Shown here: positions 1-8,366 of the stretch, piece after piece
How positions within the stretch are numbered: position 1 is the first letter of the stretch
Layout of the letters: the number at the start of each line of letters is the position of its first letter
Source: a virus
Taxonomy: Duplodnaviria; Caudoviricetes
Length of the DNA stretch: 45,547 nt
Strand: one strand, 5' to 3'
IMG/VR virus record: IMGVR_UViG_3300044849_000010
Coordinates: 1 to 45,547 of that record
Notes under the pieces: model-generated
The model's database searches: none
Told to the model about the DNA's origin: nothing
The model's input: the letters and a program-made list of their open reading frames with translations, nothing else
Position numbers and translations under genes: made by a program

Positions 1-1
1 A

Positions 2-2407
2 GGCCCATGGACTTACCATTGCTTCGGATGCGGCACGCATGGCGACGTCGTCGACTTCGTTCGCGAGCGCTACGGCTACGACAACAACGGCGACGCGGCG
101 AGGTTCCTGATCGGAGAGGACACCCGCGCGCCAGTGTCGACGGCCGCCTACGTCGAGGCCCACAACCCCTATGAAGGGTACGAGATCACGCGGCCGCCAG
201 CCGACGCGGTCGAGATCGTCGCAGGCGTCCGCAGCCCGCCGCTCTTGAACCCGAAGCGCATCAGCGACACGACAGGCAAGCCGAAGCACGTCACCTATAC
301 GCCGTCCGCCGTCTACCCGTACCGCAACAAGAACGGCCAGCTTCTAGGCTATGTCCTTCGCGTCGAGTTTGACGGCCGCAAGATCACGCCCGGCATATGG
401 TGGACGAAGTGCGAGGCCAACGGCTTTGAGGGATGGGCTCATGGAAGCTATCCGTCGCCCCGCCCACTTTACGGTCTTGACCGGCTTTACGCGAACCCGG
501 ATCATCAAGTCCTCCTCGTCGAGGGCGAGAAGTGTGCCGACGCGGCATGCGTCTACATGGAAGGCAAGCGCGTCGTGCCCGTTACCTGGATGGGCGGTGG
601 CAAGGCGATCGAGAAAACCTACTGGAAGTCGATCGCCGGCCGCAGCGTCATCATCTGGCCGGACAACGACGCCGAGGGATGGAAGACTACGCTAGGCTAT
701 GCCCGTCCAGGAGGCGGATGGAAGCCCGGCCTCGTCGAGCTGCTCTACAAAGCCGGCGCGGCCAAGGTTAAGATCGTCGAGATCACGCCTTCATCCAGGC
801 CCGAGGGTTGGGATATCGCGGACGCCCTATTCGTTGACAAGCTGGACGTGAGATCCGTCGAGCTGTTGATGCGGGACCGTATCCGCGAGTGGACGCCGAA
901 GATGGCGGAGGATCACAAGCAAGCGCAAATTGAAAAGGAGATGCCGCATGGACCCGATAAGCAGGATGATGCAGGAGCGAGCCAGACTACAGCACGCGGC
1001 AGCAGTCGACAGGCTGACAGCGGAGCAGGCGCAGGCCAGGACGGAGCGGATGACGGCCGAGACGAGAGCCAACAACGAGCTATCCGCCCGACAAAGGTGG
1101 ATCGCCAGTCTGCCGCGAAAGAAGACGACGCTCCGCCGCCTGATGAACCTGCCGAGCGTCCCGTTGGGCGCGGCTACGAAATCACCGAGGACACCTGGAG
1201 ACAGCACCTCATAATGAAAGCCGACGGCGACGGCCTCAAGTCTACGTCGCTCCAGAACTTTACGCTGATCCTCCAGTATGAGCGCCGCTTTTCAGGCGTC
1301 TACGCATGGAACGAATTTGCGAAAGAGGTCTACCTTATGCGCCGTCCACCATGGGACATGGAGGGCGAGCTTAACCGCTGGCGGCCGCGCAAGATCACGG
1401 AGCCAGACATCACCGCAACAACTAGCTGGATGGAGTATTGTGGAATGAGCCCGAAAGTTTCTGACATGGGACGCGTCATCGTCCGCGTCGCCGATCACAA
1501 CAAATATAATCCCGTAGTCGATGCGATCGACGGCCTCAAATGGGACGGGACGCCGCGCGTCGATACATGGTTGAGCTACTATCTCGGAGCCGACCAAACC
1601 GAGGCTAACCGCATGTTCGGCCGGCGCTGGCTTGTCGGCGCGATCGCCAGGGCGAAGCAGCCCGGCTGCAAGATGGACAACATGATTATCCTGGAGGGGC
1701 CGCAAGGCCTCAAGAAGTCCTCCGCCCTCCGCGCGCTGTCGGACGGCCTAGTCCCGCATGTCTTCACCGACGAGATGAGCGACCCGAATTCGAAGGACGC
1801 GGCGCTCCAGATGCAGGGCGCGTGGATCATCGAGATCTCCGAGCTGGACAGCTTCAAGCGCGCCGAGGTCTCGCAGATTAAGGCGTGGCTTGCCCGCCAG
1901 ACCGATCGCCTCCGCCGCCCGTATGGCAAGATCGTCGAGGAGTTTCCTCGCTCGTGCGTGTTCGCTGGCACCGTTAACCCTGTAGGAAACAGCGGCTACC
2001 TGAAAGATCCGACAGGCGGCCGGCGCTTCTGGCCTGTCATGTGCAAGGCGATCGACCTGGACGCCTTGAGCAAGGACGCCCGGCAGCTATGGGCCGAGGC
2101 CGCCGCCTTGTACGCGGCCGGGGAACGGTGGTGGTTGACGCAGGAGGAGGAGGAGATTGCCTTTGCCGTCCAGTCGGAGCGCTACGAGGACGATCCGTAT
2201 AGCGAGCTGATCGACAACGCGCTTGCCATGACGACAGAGACCACCATGAACACCATTCTCGGTATCCTTGAGATCCCAATCCAGAACCGCAGCGTTATCA
2301 CCGCGCGCCGGATCGAGGCTCACCTATCAACGCGCGGATGGACGAAGGACAAAAGACCAGGAGGTAAGGTTTTTTATGTCAGACCCAAGAAAGAGGTTCT
2401 TGTCTAA
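2..2407 (+). CDS. DNA primase-helicase (CHC2 Zn finger C-half, TOPRIM, VirE/VapE-type P-loop ATPase); 5' truncated by window edge
   Basis: Frame is open from position 2 (GPWTYHCFGCGTHGDVVDFV), in frame with ORF 134..2407. TOPRIM motifs VLLVEGEKCADA and IIWPDNDAEG; Walker A EGPQGLKKS; IIEISELD; FAGTVN and DPTGGRRFWPV typical of VirE/VapE. Confidence 0.9.
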   Translation, partial: GPWTYHCFGCGTHGDVVDFVRERYGYDNNGDAARFLIGEDTRAPVSTAAYVEAHNPYEGYEITRPPADAVEIVAGVRSPPLLNPKRISDTTGKPKHVTYTPSAVYPYRNKNGQLLGYVLRVEFDGRKITPGIWWTKCEANGFEGWAHGSYPSPRPLYGLDRLYANPDHQVLLVEGEKCADAACVYMEGKRVVPVTWMGGGKAIEKTYWKSIAGRSVIIWPDNDAEGWKTTLGYARPGGGWKPGLVELLYKAGAAKVKIVEITPSSRPEGWDIADALFVDKLDVRSVELLMRDRIREWTPKMAEDHKQAQIEKEMPHGPDKQDDAGASQTTARGSSRQADSGAGAGQDGADDGRDESQQRAIRPTKVDRQSAAKEDDAPPPDEPAERPVGRGYEITEDTWRQHLIMKADGDGLKSTSLQNFTLILQYERRFSGVYAWNEFAKEVYLMRRPPWDMEGELNRWRPRKITEPDITATTSWMEYCGMSPKVSDMGRVIVRVADHNKYNPVVDAIDGLKWDGTPRVDTWLSYYLGADQTEANRMFGRRWLVGAIARAKQPGCKMDNMIILEGPQGLKKSSALRALSDGLVPHVFTDEMSDPNSKDAALQMQGAWIIEISELDSFKRAEVSQIKAWLARQTDRLRRPYGKIVEEFPRSCVFAGTVNPVGNSGYLKDPTGGRRFWPVMCKAIDLDALSKDARQLWAEAAALYAAGERWWLTQEEEEIAFAVQSERYEDDPYSELIDNALAMTTETTMNTILGILEIPIQNRSVITARRIEAHLSTRGWTKDKRPGGKVFYVRPKKEVLV
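948..1214 (+). CDS. Putative overprinted 88-aa helical protein nested in the primase linker
   Basis: AAGGAG at 935-940, 7 nt before ATG 948. Third codon positions are more GC-rich in this frame than in the primase frame over this stretch. Product is helical/coiled-coil-like. Confidence 0.55.
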   Translation: MDPISRMMQERARLQHAAAVDRLTAEQAQARTERMTAETRANNELSARQRWIASLPRKKTTLRRLMNLPSVPLGAATKSPRTPGDSTS

Positions 2408-2478
2408 CGAGATACCCGAGGATATAAAGGCGATGCAAGTCGGCGTGTGGTAGCGCTTTTGCAAGCCCTCCTTGGGTC

Positions 2479-2516
2479 GGCCCGTCGCTTTCATCCGGTA
2501 GCGACGGGCCTTTTTT
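2479..2516 (+). terminator. Rho-independent terminator between convergent genes
   Basis: GGCCCGTCGCT (2479-2489) pairs with AGCGACGGGCC (2500-2510), followed by TTTTTT. Confidence 0.85.
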
Positions 2517-2844
2517 ATGCGCCATTGATGATAGCGCGAGCCTCGTCGACCGAGCGCGCCTCGCCGGACAGGCCGCCGCCGCGCACTACCCACCCCATCC
2601 ATTTGATCTGTCCGGCCGACAGCTTGTCCCGGCCAACCTTTGCGTCGATCGAGACGAACTTACCGTCCGAGATCCGCCAGCCTATCAGGTCATGGCCGCC
2701 GCCATCATCAGGACCAACACCATACCGGACGGCCGATCGCTTGCCCTTGTTGACGTACCTCGCGACGCCGCTATGGTTTTTGAACAGGCAAGCGATGTCC
2801 GCGCAGCCCGTCCGGATTTCCTCGACTAGCTCGCCGTGTGTCAT
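2515..2844 (-). CDS. VRR-NUC domain nuclease
   Basis: GGHDLIGW...FVSIDAKVGRDKLSAGQIKW PD-(D/E)XK-type pattern; size and position beside an SF2 helicase are typical. Confidence 0.8.
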   Translation of the reverse strand: MTHGELVEEIRTGCADIACLFKNHSGVARYVNKGKRSAVRYGVGPDDGGGHDLIGWRISDGKFVSIDAKVGRDKLSAGQIKWMGWVVRGGGLSGEARSVDEARAIINGA

Positions 2845-4343
2845 CCATATTTCTCCTGCATGAGCTTCGCGTAAAAATCAAACTGCTGCTTCGCCGCGTG
2901 GCCTTTCGCCTTCTCGCGCCGGGTCCGAGCCTTCCACATGAGGGCCGCCCACGCCTCTGGATTTTCATACCCGCGACGCTTGCCGATGTCCTCCAGCTCG
3001 CCGATAGATCCGGCCTGCCATTCCTCCAGCTTCTTCGTGTCGCGAGCCGCCTTGCGGTCGATCTCCTCTAGCTCGCCGTCGCGAAACTCAACGAGACGCT
3101 CGCCGCCTCCGGCCGAGGCCTTGCGATCCGGCAGCTCCAGCGTCGCACCACAGTTGAGGCATTTGATCGCGTCACGCTTGAGCGCCGCGCCGCAGCCGTC
3201 GCATTGGAGGACGGACTTCGTCTCTTTCTTGATCGCCCCTTTCAGCGACCACTCAACCGGATCATCGGGCAAGCCATGGTTCTGGAGGTGGCCGGCATGG
3301 TCGAGGATGATGGCCGGATAGTCCTTCGGCCGCAGCGCCCGGCCGACCATCTGCCTGGAGAGCCCGAGGCTTTGCGTCGGACGCGCGAGACCGACGCACT
3401 CAATCGTCACATCCATCTCAGCTTGCGCCGCCAGATCGAAGCCCTCGCCGAATAGGTCGACGTTGGTCATGCCGTCCAGCTCGTTACGGGCGAGCATCTG
3501 TGCCGCTTGCTTGCGCTCCCAGGCGGACGAGTTGCCGTCGAGGTGGATGAACCGGAAGCCGGCACCGTTGAACGCGGCGGCCGTGTCCAGGCTGTTCTTG
3601 ATCGACGTGCAGAAGTACACCGCCTTGAGCCCGCGCGCCCGCTTGGCATAATGCTCGACGAGGTTGCCGATGACGACGGCTTTACCCATCTCCTCGTCAA
3701 TCTCGCCTTGTGCATAGTCACCCATGCGCGTGTGCAGCGCCGTGAGATCCGGAGACGACGGCGCGAAATACCGATAGTCCGACAGCGAGCCGATCTCCAT
3801 GAGCATCGAGACCGAGGGACCAATGACGATGTCGTCAAAGTAAGCGTCCAGCCCCTTGCCGTCGAGACGGATAGGCGTCGCGGAGAAACCGATATGCGTC
3901 GAGGCGGACCATGCCTCCATGATCTTGGCCCACGTTGACGCGGCGATATGGTGACATTCATCCCACTCGCAGAGCGACGGAGCCGTGACTTTCTTGAGCC
4001 GGTTGCCGAGCGTCTGGACCATGTTGACGTGCGTCAGCGCCCAAGGGTCATACCACCGGCCGGCCGCGACGTGGCTATGGTCGATCCCCAGGCTGGAGAA
4101 CGTCTTGCTTGTCTGGTCTACGAGGAAATCTCGATGACAGTTGAACGCGACGGACTTGCCGCGCTCGACGACCCCTTTGCAGATGAAGGCAGCCATGACC
4201 GTTTTCCCGCCACCTGTCGGGCATTGTATGAGAAGGCGAGGCCCCCGGTCGATCATCTTGCGCTTGAGCGCTTCCTTGATCTTTCGGAGCTTAACGCGAG
4301 CCTCGTCAATAACCTCCTCCTGGTAAGGACGGAGAGAGATCAT
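2841..4343 (-). CDS. Superfamily 2 DEAD/DEAH-like helicase with C-terminal Zn ribbon
   Basis: LRPYQ, PTGGGKT, DECHH, SATP, GEGFD, QMVGRALR, then CDGC...CLNC. Confidence 0.92.
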   Translation of the reverse strand: MISLRPYQEEVIDEARVKLRKIKEALKRKMIDRGPRLLIQCPTGGGKTVMAAFICKGVVERGKSVAFNCHRDFLVDQTSKTFSSLGIDHSHVAAGRWYDPWALTHVNMVQTLGNRLKKVTAPSLCEWDECHHIAASTWAKIMEAWSASTHIGFSATPIRLDGKGLDAYFDDIVIGPSVSMLMEIGSLSDYRYFAPSSPDLTALHTRMGDYAQGEIDEEMGKAVVIGNLVEHYAKRARGLKAVYFCTSIKNSLDTAAAFNGAGFRFIHLDGNSSAWERKQAAQMLARNELDGMTNVDLFGEGFDLAAQAEMDVTIECVGLARPTQSLGLSRQMVGRALRPKDYPAIILDHAGHLQNHGLPDDPVEWSLKGAIKKETKSVLQCDGCGAALKRDAIKCLNCGATLELPDRKASAGGGERLVEFRDGELEEIDRKAARDTKKLEEWQAGSIGELEDIGKRRGYENPEAWAALMWKARTRREKAKGHAAKQQFDFYAKLMQEKYG

Positions 4344-4618
4344 TAAACCACACGCCCCCCAAGAGGTTGCCCGCAGCAGGCGCAGACGTCAGGCGGCAGC
4401 AGGCCAGAGACCTCCTCAAGCCAAGCGTCCCGCACAGTCTGGCTGGACGCCCGCCGCTCGATCACCGCACGCAAGCCGCCGATGATGCACGCGCGATATC
4501 TCACCGGGATCTCGCCTTTCTTCGCGAACCGCGTGACCATAGACTTGTCAACGCCGCACAGCGCCGCCAGCTCTTGCTTGCCGCCGAGGATCTCAGCGAG
4601 CCTCTCAACCTTATTCAT
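4343..4618 (-). CDS. Cro-like HTH transcriptional regulator
   Basis: ATG 4618 preceded by AGGAGA; GGKQELAALCGVDKSMVTRF...GEIP HTH; C-terminal CACCG. Confidence 0.75.
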   Translation of the reverse strand: MNKVERLAEILGGKQELAALCGVDKSMVTRFAKKGEIPVRYRACIIGGLRAVIERRASSQTVRDAWLEEVSGLLPPDVCACCGQPLGGRVV

Positions 4619-4641
4619 CCGGTATCTCCTTTTTGTGGTGA

Positions 4642-4680
4642 CGGCAGTTGACAACATGGTTGACCTCGTGTCAACTGCCG
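4642..4680. promoter_or_regulatory. Divergent promoter/operator: 12-bp inverted repeat with TTGACA on both strands
   Basis: CGGCAGTTGACA (4642-4653), 15-nt spacer, TGTCAACTGCCG (4669-4680), between divergent operons. Confidence 0.7.
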
Positions 4681-4719
4681 ATCACTGCCAGCGAGCAGCT
4701 AACTCAAGGAGCTACCACA

Positions 4720-5595
4720 ATGCCTATCAAGGTCGAGACAGACGAAGAGTACCACGCTGGCGAAGGCGTATCGAAGTCCAAACTCTGGACGCTGGACAAC
4801 AAGACGCCCTTTCATGCCCGCTTCGGAGCGCGCAAGGAAACCAACGCTTTCGCTATCGGTAAGGCCGCGCATTGCGCCATCCTGGAGCCGGAGGATCTGG
4901 AGAACCGCTACACCAAAGGACCGGACGCGCGACGCAACTCCAACGAATGGAAGCACGCCGAGGACTTCGCCCGTCATGCCGGCACCACCCTCTTGAAGCC
5001 CGACGACTACGATATGGCGATGGTCATCCGCGACATGGCCGCCACCGTCCCGGAGCTGGAGCTTATGCGCCAGGGCGGTTGCACCGTCGAGACGTCGGCA
5101 TACCACCTCGACGAGGAGACGCAGACGCTCGTCAAGACGCGGCCGGACATCTACAACCCGACGCATCGGCTTATCGGCGATATCAAGAACATGGCTGACG
5201 CCAGCCCCGAGGCCTTCAAGCGCGACGTCGGCAAGTTTGGCTATCACATGCAGCACGCGCTTTATTCCGAGGTATGGGCGGCCGGCGCGGAGATGCCGGT
5301 TGATGGCTTCTTCTTCATCGTATTCGAGAAGTCGGACCCGCCGCTTGTCGCCGTCTATGAGCTGTCGGCGGCCGCGATCGCGGAAGGGTATGCCCGGTAT
5401 CGCTCCGCCCTCGCCCGCTATGCCGAGTGCGTTCGCACCGATACATGGCCCGGCTATCCGGAAGGCGTGCAGCAGATCGGCTTGCGCTACTACGACTACA
5501 AGCTGACGCCTCCGCCGAAGGAAGAGGAAGGCCAGTTCGCAGAGGATGACGACGCGGGCGAGGACGAGGCGGAGGTTGCTGCCGATGGAGAATGA
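4720..5595 (+). CDS. RecE/ExoVIII-like PD-(D/E)XK exonuclease
   Basis: ATG 4720 after AAGGAG; EEYHA..GVSKSKL, IGKAAHCAILEP, KTRPD..IGDIK, GYHMQHALY, FFFIVFEK; upstream of a RecT-like gene. Confidence 0.88.
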   Translation: MPIKVETDEEYHAGEGVSKSKLWTLDNKTPFHARFGARKETNAFAIGKAAHCAILEPEDLENRYTKGPDARRNSNEWKHAEDFARHAGTTLLKPDDYDMAMVIRDMAATVPELELMRQGGCTVETSAYHLDEETQTLVKTRPDIYNPTHRLIGDIKNMADASPEAFKRDVGKFGYHMQHALYSEVWAAGAEMPVDGFFFIVFEKSDPPLVAVYELSAAAIAEGYARYRSALARYAECVRTDTWPGYPEGVQQIGLRYYDYKLTPPPKEEEGQFAEDDDAGEDEAEVAADGE

Positions 5596-5755
5596 GACGC
5601 AAGAGCGGATACAAGACGATCTCGACTTCTGGCGCAAGCGTCTCCGCCTCGCCCGCGAGGAGCGCCAGCACATCGACGAGACAATCAAAGGCTACCTCGA
5701 CCTCATCAACGCCGTGAAGGTCGAGGCCCAACTGAAAAAGGTAGAGATCCGATGA
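5585..5755 (+). CDS. Small coiled-coil hypothetical protein (56 aa)
   Basis: MENETQERIQDDLDFWRKRL...; GGAGG upstream; overlaps both neighbours in operon style. Confidence 0.65.
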   Translation: MENETQERIQDDLDFWRKRLRLAREERQHIDETIKGYLDLINAVKVEAQLKKVEIR

Positions 5756-6795
5756 ACCAAGTTTCAACCGAAGTACGCCAGCCGAGCCAGAGCCAAGCGC
5801 TTGTCTCGTGGCTGGAGGGAAAGCAGTCCGACTTTAATTCCGTCATGTTGATCGACCCCGATCGCTTCATGCGGATGGTCAAAAACGCCATCATCAAAGA
5901 TCCGCAGGTTGCCGAGGCGTCGAAGCAGTCCGTATTCCTGGAGATCATGAAGGCAGCAGCGGACGGCCTCGTCCTGGACGGCCGCGAGGCCACGCTTACC
6001 CGCTTCAAGACCAACAAGCTAATCAATGGCAAATGGGAGAAGGTGACGGAAGTCGCGTATATCCCGATGGTCGCCGGCATTATGAAGCGTGTGCGCAACT
6101 CCGGCGAAATCAAGAGCTGGATCGTCGGCCTCGTCTACGAGAAGGAATACGAGGACGGCCGTTTCTCTTTCGTCGCCGCGCCCGATCCGATGTTGCGGCA
6201 CGAGCCGATCATTGTCGGCGATCGCGGACCTGTCGTCGCCGCTTACTCCGCCGTCAAGCTCAATGACGGGAGCTACCATTACGAGGTGATGACCCTCGAC
6301 CAGCTCAACAACATCAAGAACCGAACCAAGTCCAAGAAGACGGTCAACAATGAGACCGTCATCACCGGACCATGGGCGACGGACGAGGAGGAGATGTTCA
6401 AGAAGACGGTCATTCGCCGGCACTCCAAACGCCTGCCCGTCTCTTCCGAATTGCTCGACGTGACGCAGCGTGTCGACGCCCTCTACGACGAGGATCGCGA
6501 GGCCTACGTTGTCGACCAGTCCAGCGGCGGCCCGGAGCCGGCACCTGTCGCGGCCAAGCGGCAGGCTAGTGCAGCGGCACGGTTGAAAGCCGCCGCCGCA
6601 CAGACCCGCCAGCAGGCTCAGGACGCCGAGCATGAGCCGGCAGAGGACGAGGGAGATCCGGACGGCGACGAGGTTCCTCACGACGAGGAGACCGGCGAGA
6701 TCCTGGACGGCGAAGTCATCGAGCCGACTAAGGAGGACAAGCCGGCAGGACGGAAGGCCGCCGCCAGGACGGTCGATCCGAACGACGAGTTTTAA
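5752..6795 (+). CDS. recT: RecT-family single-strand annealing protein
   Basis: DPDRFMRMVKNAI, KAAADGLVLDGREA, GPWATDEEEMFKKTVIRRHSKRLP; acidic tail; paired with a RecE-like exonuclease. Confidence 0.88.
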   Translation: MNQVSTEVRQPSQSQALVSWLEGKQSDFNSVMLIDPDRFMRMVKNAIIKDPQVAEASKQSVFLEIMKAAADGLVLDGREATLTRFKTNKLINGKWEKVTEVAYIPMVAGIMKRVRNSGEIKSWIVGLVYEKEYEDGRFSFVAAPDPMLRHEPIIVGDRGPVVAAYSAVKLNDGSYHYEVMTLDQLNNIKNRTKSKKTVNNETVITGPWATDEEEMFKKTVIRRHSKRLPVSSELLDVTQRVDALYDEDREAYVVDQSSGGPEPAPVAAKRQASAAARLKAAAAQTRQQAQDAEHEPAEDEGDPDGDEVPHDEETGEILDGEVIEPTKEDKPAGRKAAARTVDPNDEF

Positions 6796-6804
6796 TTTCA
6801 ACGT

Positions 6805-6877
6805 CCGCGCCGGACCAGCAAGACAACGGCCCCGGCTCCATGTTCGAAGGCGAGGATTAGGCCAGACCTCGACGCGG
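6805..6877 (+). ncRNA. Candidate structured leader upstream of the Acb2-like gene
   Basis: CCGCG/CGCGG closing stem enclosing CCGGACC..GGCCCGG and CGAGG..CCTCG hairpins; ends just before the RBS. Confidence 0.3.
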
Positions 6878-6896
6878 CATACTAAGGAGAAGACGC

Positions 6897-7169
6897 ATGG
6901 CACACACAGGCTTGCCAGTTCATGGCTATCAGGAGCAGTCGGATGACAACGTCCGCACCGTCAACGAGAACAAGGTGCTGGAGGAACGCGTCCTCCGTCA
7001 GCTTGATTTCATGCAAGCGAAGGTAACCAGCTACGACCAGCGCATGGTTGCCCTCGCGCGAACGAAGATCCAGGAGGCCTTTATGTGGGCGAACCGTGCC
7101 GTATTCCAGCCCGGCCGCGTCGCCCTCCCCGAGGAAGCCGTTAAGGATGACGGCCCGACAGCCGCATGA
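6897..7169 (+). CDS. acb2: Acb2-like anti-CBASS cyclic oligonucleotide sponge
   Basis: 90 aa; G-Y11...N23-x-x-K26, then QRMVALARTKIQEAFMWANRAVFQP, matching the Acb2/Vs.4 pattern as recalled; RBS AAGGAG. Confidence 0.75.
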   Translation: MAHTGLPVHGYQEQSDDNVRTVNENKVLEERVLRQLDFMQAKVTSYDQRMVALARTKIQEAFMWANRAVFQPGRVALPEEAVKDDGPTAA

Positions 7170-7180
7170 CCAATCGCCCG

Positions 7181-7354
7181 GCCGGCAGGTGGCATAGTAA
7201 CAGCCGGCAGTGTTGGAGGCGGGAGGTAAAGGCAACCTCGTTCCGCTCTTGGAAGGCCGATATGTGGCGATCCGGATAACCCGGCAACGCTGTGTCGCAG
7301 GCTTCAAGTCCAAGAGAACCGTTAAGCCAACACGGACAGGCCGGAAAGACGGCC
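7181..7354 (+). ncRNA. Candidate multi-stem structured RNA
   Basis: 210-nt gap without a credible ORF. Nested stems GTGTTGG 7210-7216/CCAACAC 7327-7333, GAGGT/ACCTC, CTCTTGGA 7246-7253/TCCAAGAG 7309-7316, and 3' hairpin GGCCG-GAAAGA-CGGCC 7339-7354. Confidence 0.5.
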
Positions 7355-7379
7355 ACCCTATCAACCCAAGGAGAAGACA

Positions 7380-7886
7380 ATGAACGACAGACAAGACTTG
7401 AGGCACAACATTGCAGTCGAGGTGCTTCGCCAGACTAACAACCCGCACAATGTGGCTAAGATCGCAGCGGCGATCGAGGCCTATGTGATGGGCGACGAGG
7501 CCTCCCCGGAAGCTCTCGACAAGGCGGCGTCCGCATTCGGAGACGAGGCTTACGAGCGAGCCATAGGGCGAGAAGGCGGATGGAATTATGAACTGACGTG
7601 CGCCTTCAAGGCCGGCGCAGACTGGCAGCGCCGCCAGTATGAACCCGACTTCGCCGAGGTCGAGGGCGGCCCGGCAGACGGCAAGATGGAAGCCGCCGCT
7701 GACAACGTTGTTGACATGGAGCAGGCCCGAGGAAAGGCCGAGAAGCCGGCCGAGGACTGCAACTGCCCGGCATGCCAGCTCCGCCGTATGCTCATGTGGG
7801 GCCTCGATCCGTCAAAGCCCGGCAGCGATCGCACTGGCCTCCGCATTTTCCAGATCACACCGGGCGGAATTAAGCCCATCGACTAA
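7380..7886 (+). CDS. Hypothetical protein with CxCxxC motif
   Basis: RBS AAGGAG; GC-rich third codon positions; CNCPAC. Confidence 0.75.
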   Translation: MNDRQDLRHNIAVEVLRQTNNPHNVAKIAAAIEAYVMGDEASPEALDKAASAFGDEAYERAIGREGGWNYELTCAFKAGADWQRRQYEPDFAEVEGGPADGKMEAAADNVVDMEQARGKAEKPAEDCNCPACQLRRMLMWGLDPSKPGSDRTGLRIFQITPGGIKPID

Positions 7887-7943
7887 CCGGCCGACAATCG
7901 GCCACAGCAGCCCACACAGAGCCAAACGCAGGAGAACAACCGC

Positions 7944-8339
7944 ATGGCACCCCGCACCACCACCACGACGCCCGTACCTACCGCAGCGCCGGCCGCCGAG
8001 CCGATGACGACGCTGTCCGGCTTCAACGTCTCCGTCCTCGCCTTCATCCCGATCGACCCGAAGGATCTCCGGAAGCAGGCGGAAATCCCGCTCCTCCTCC
8101 TAGACATCCAGGAAGGCAAGAAGACAGTCGCGGATCTCGCGCCCTACCTCAAGGACGTGGAGTTCCGGCAGCAGCATATCCGCAAGCGGTTCACCAAGGC
8201 CGACGCTGACAAGATGATGGGTCCGGTATCCGTCTTCGACGACAGCGAGGGCATGACCCACACGCCGGAGACCACGGACCTGGACGAACACGGCCGCGAG
8301 GAAGATGAAATCCCAGGCGACGGCGACGCCGAGGATTGA
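7944..8339 (+). CDS. Hypothetical protein with acidic C-terminus
   Basis: RBS AGGAG; typical codon usage. Confidence 0.75.
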   Translation: MAPRTTTTTPVPTAAPAAEPMTTLSGFNVSVLAFIPIDPKDLRKQAEIPLLLLDIQEGKKTVADLAPYLKDVEFRQQHIRKRFTKADADKMMGPVSVFDDSEGMTHTPETTDLDEHGREEDEIPGDGDAED

Positions 8340-8366
8340 TCTTCGTCGACATTCTGATAATTTGGG

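Noticed and set aside
134-136. GTG 134 as the primase start
   Set aside because: The frame is open to the window edge and contains the Zn-finger CxxC; the true start is at 45428.
2400-2453. 17-codon TTG-start micro-ORF after the primase
   Set aside because: A GAGG lies upstream, but the ORF is too short and has no other support.
7170-7379. tRNA or hammerhead ribozyme
   Set aside because: No GTTCRA T-loop in a cloverleaf context and no CTGANGA...GAAA core; kept only as an unassigned structured RNA.
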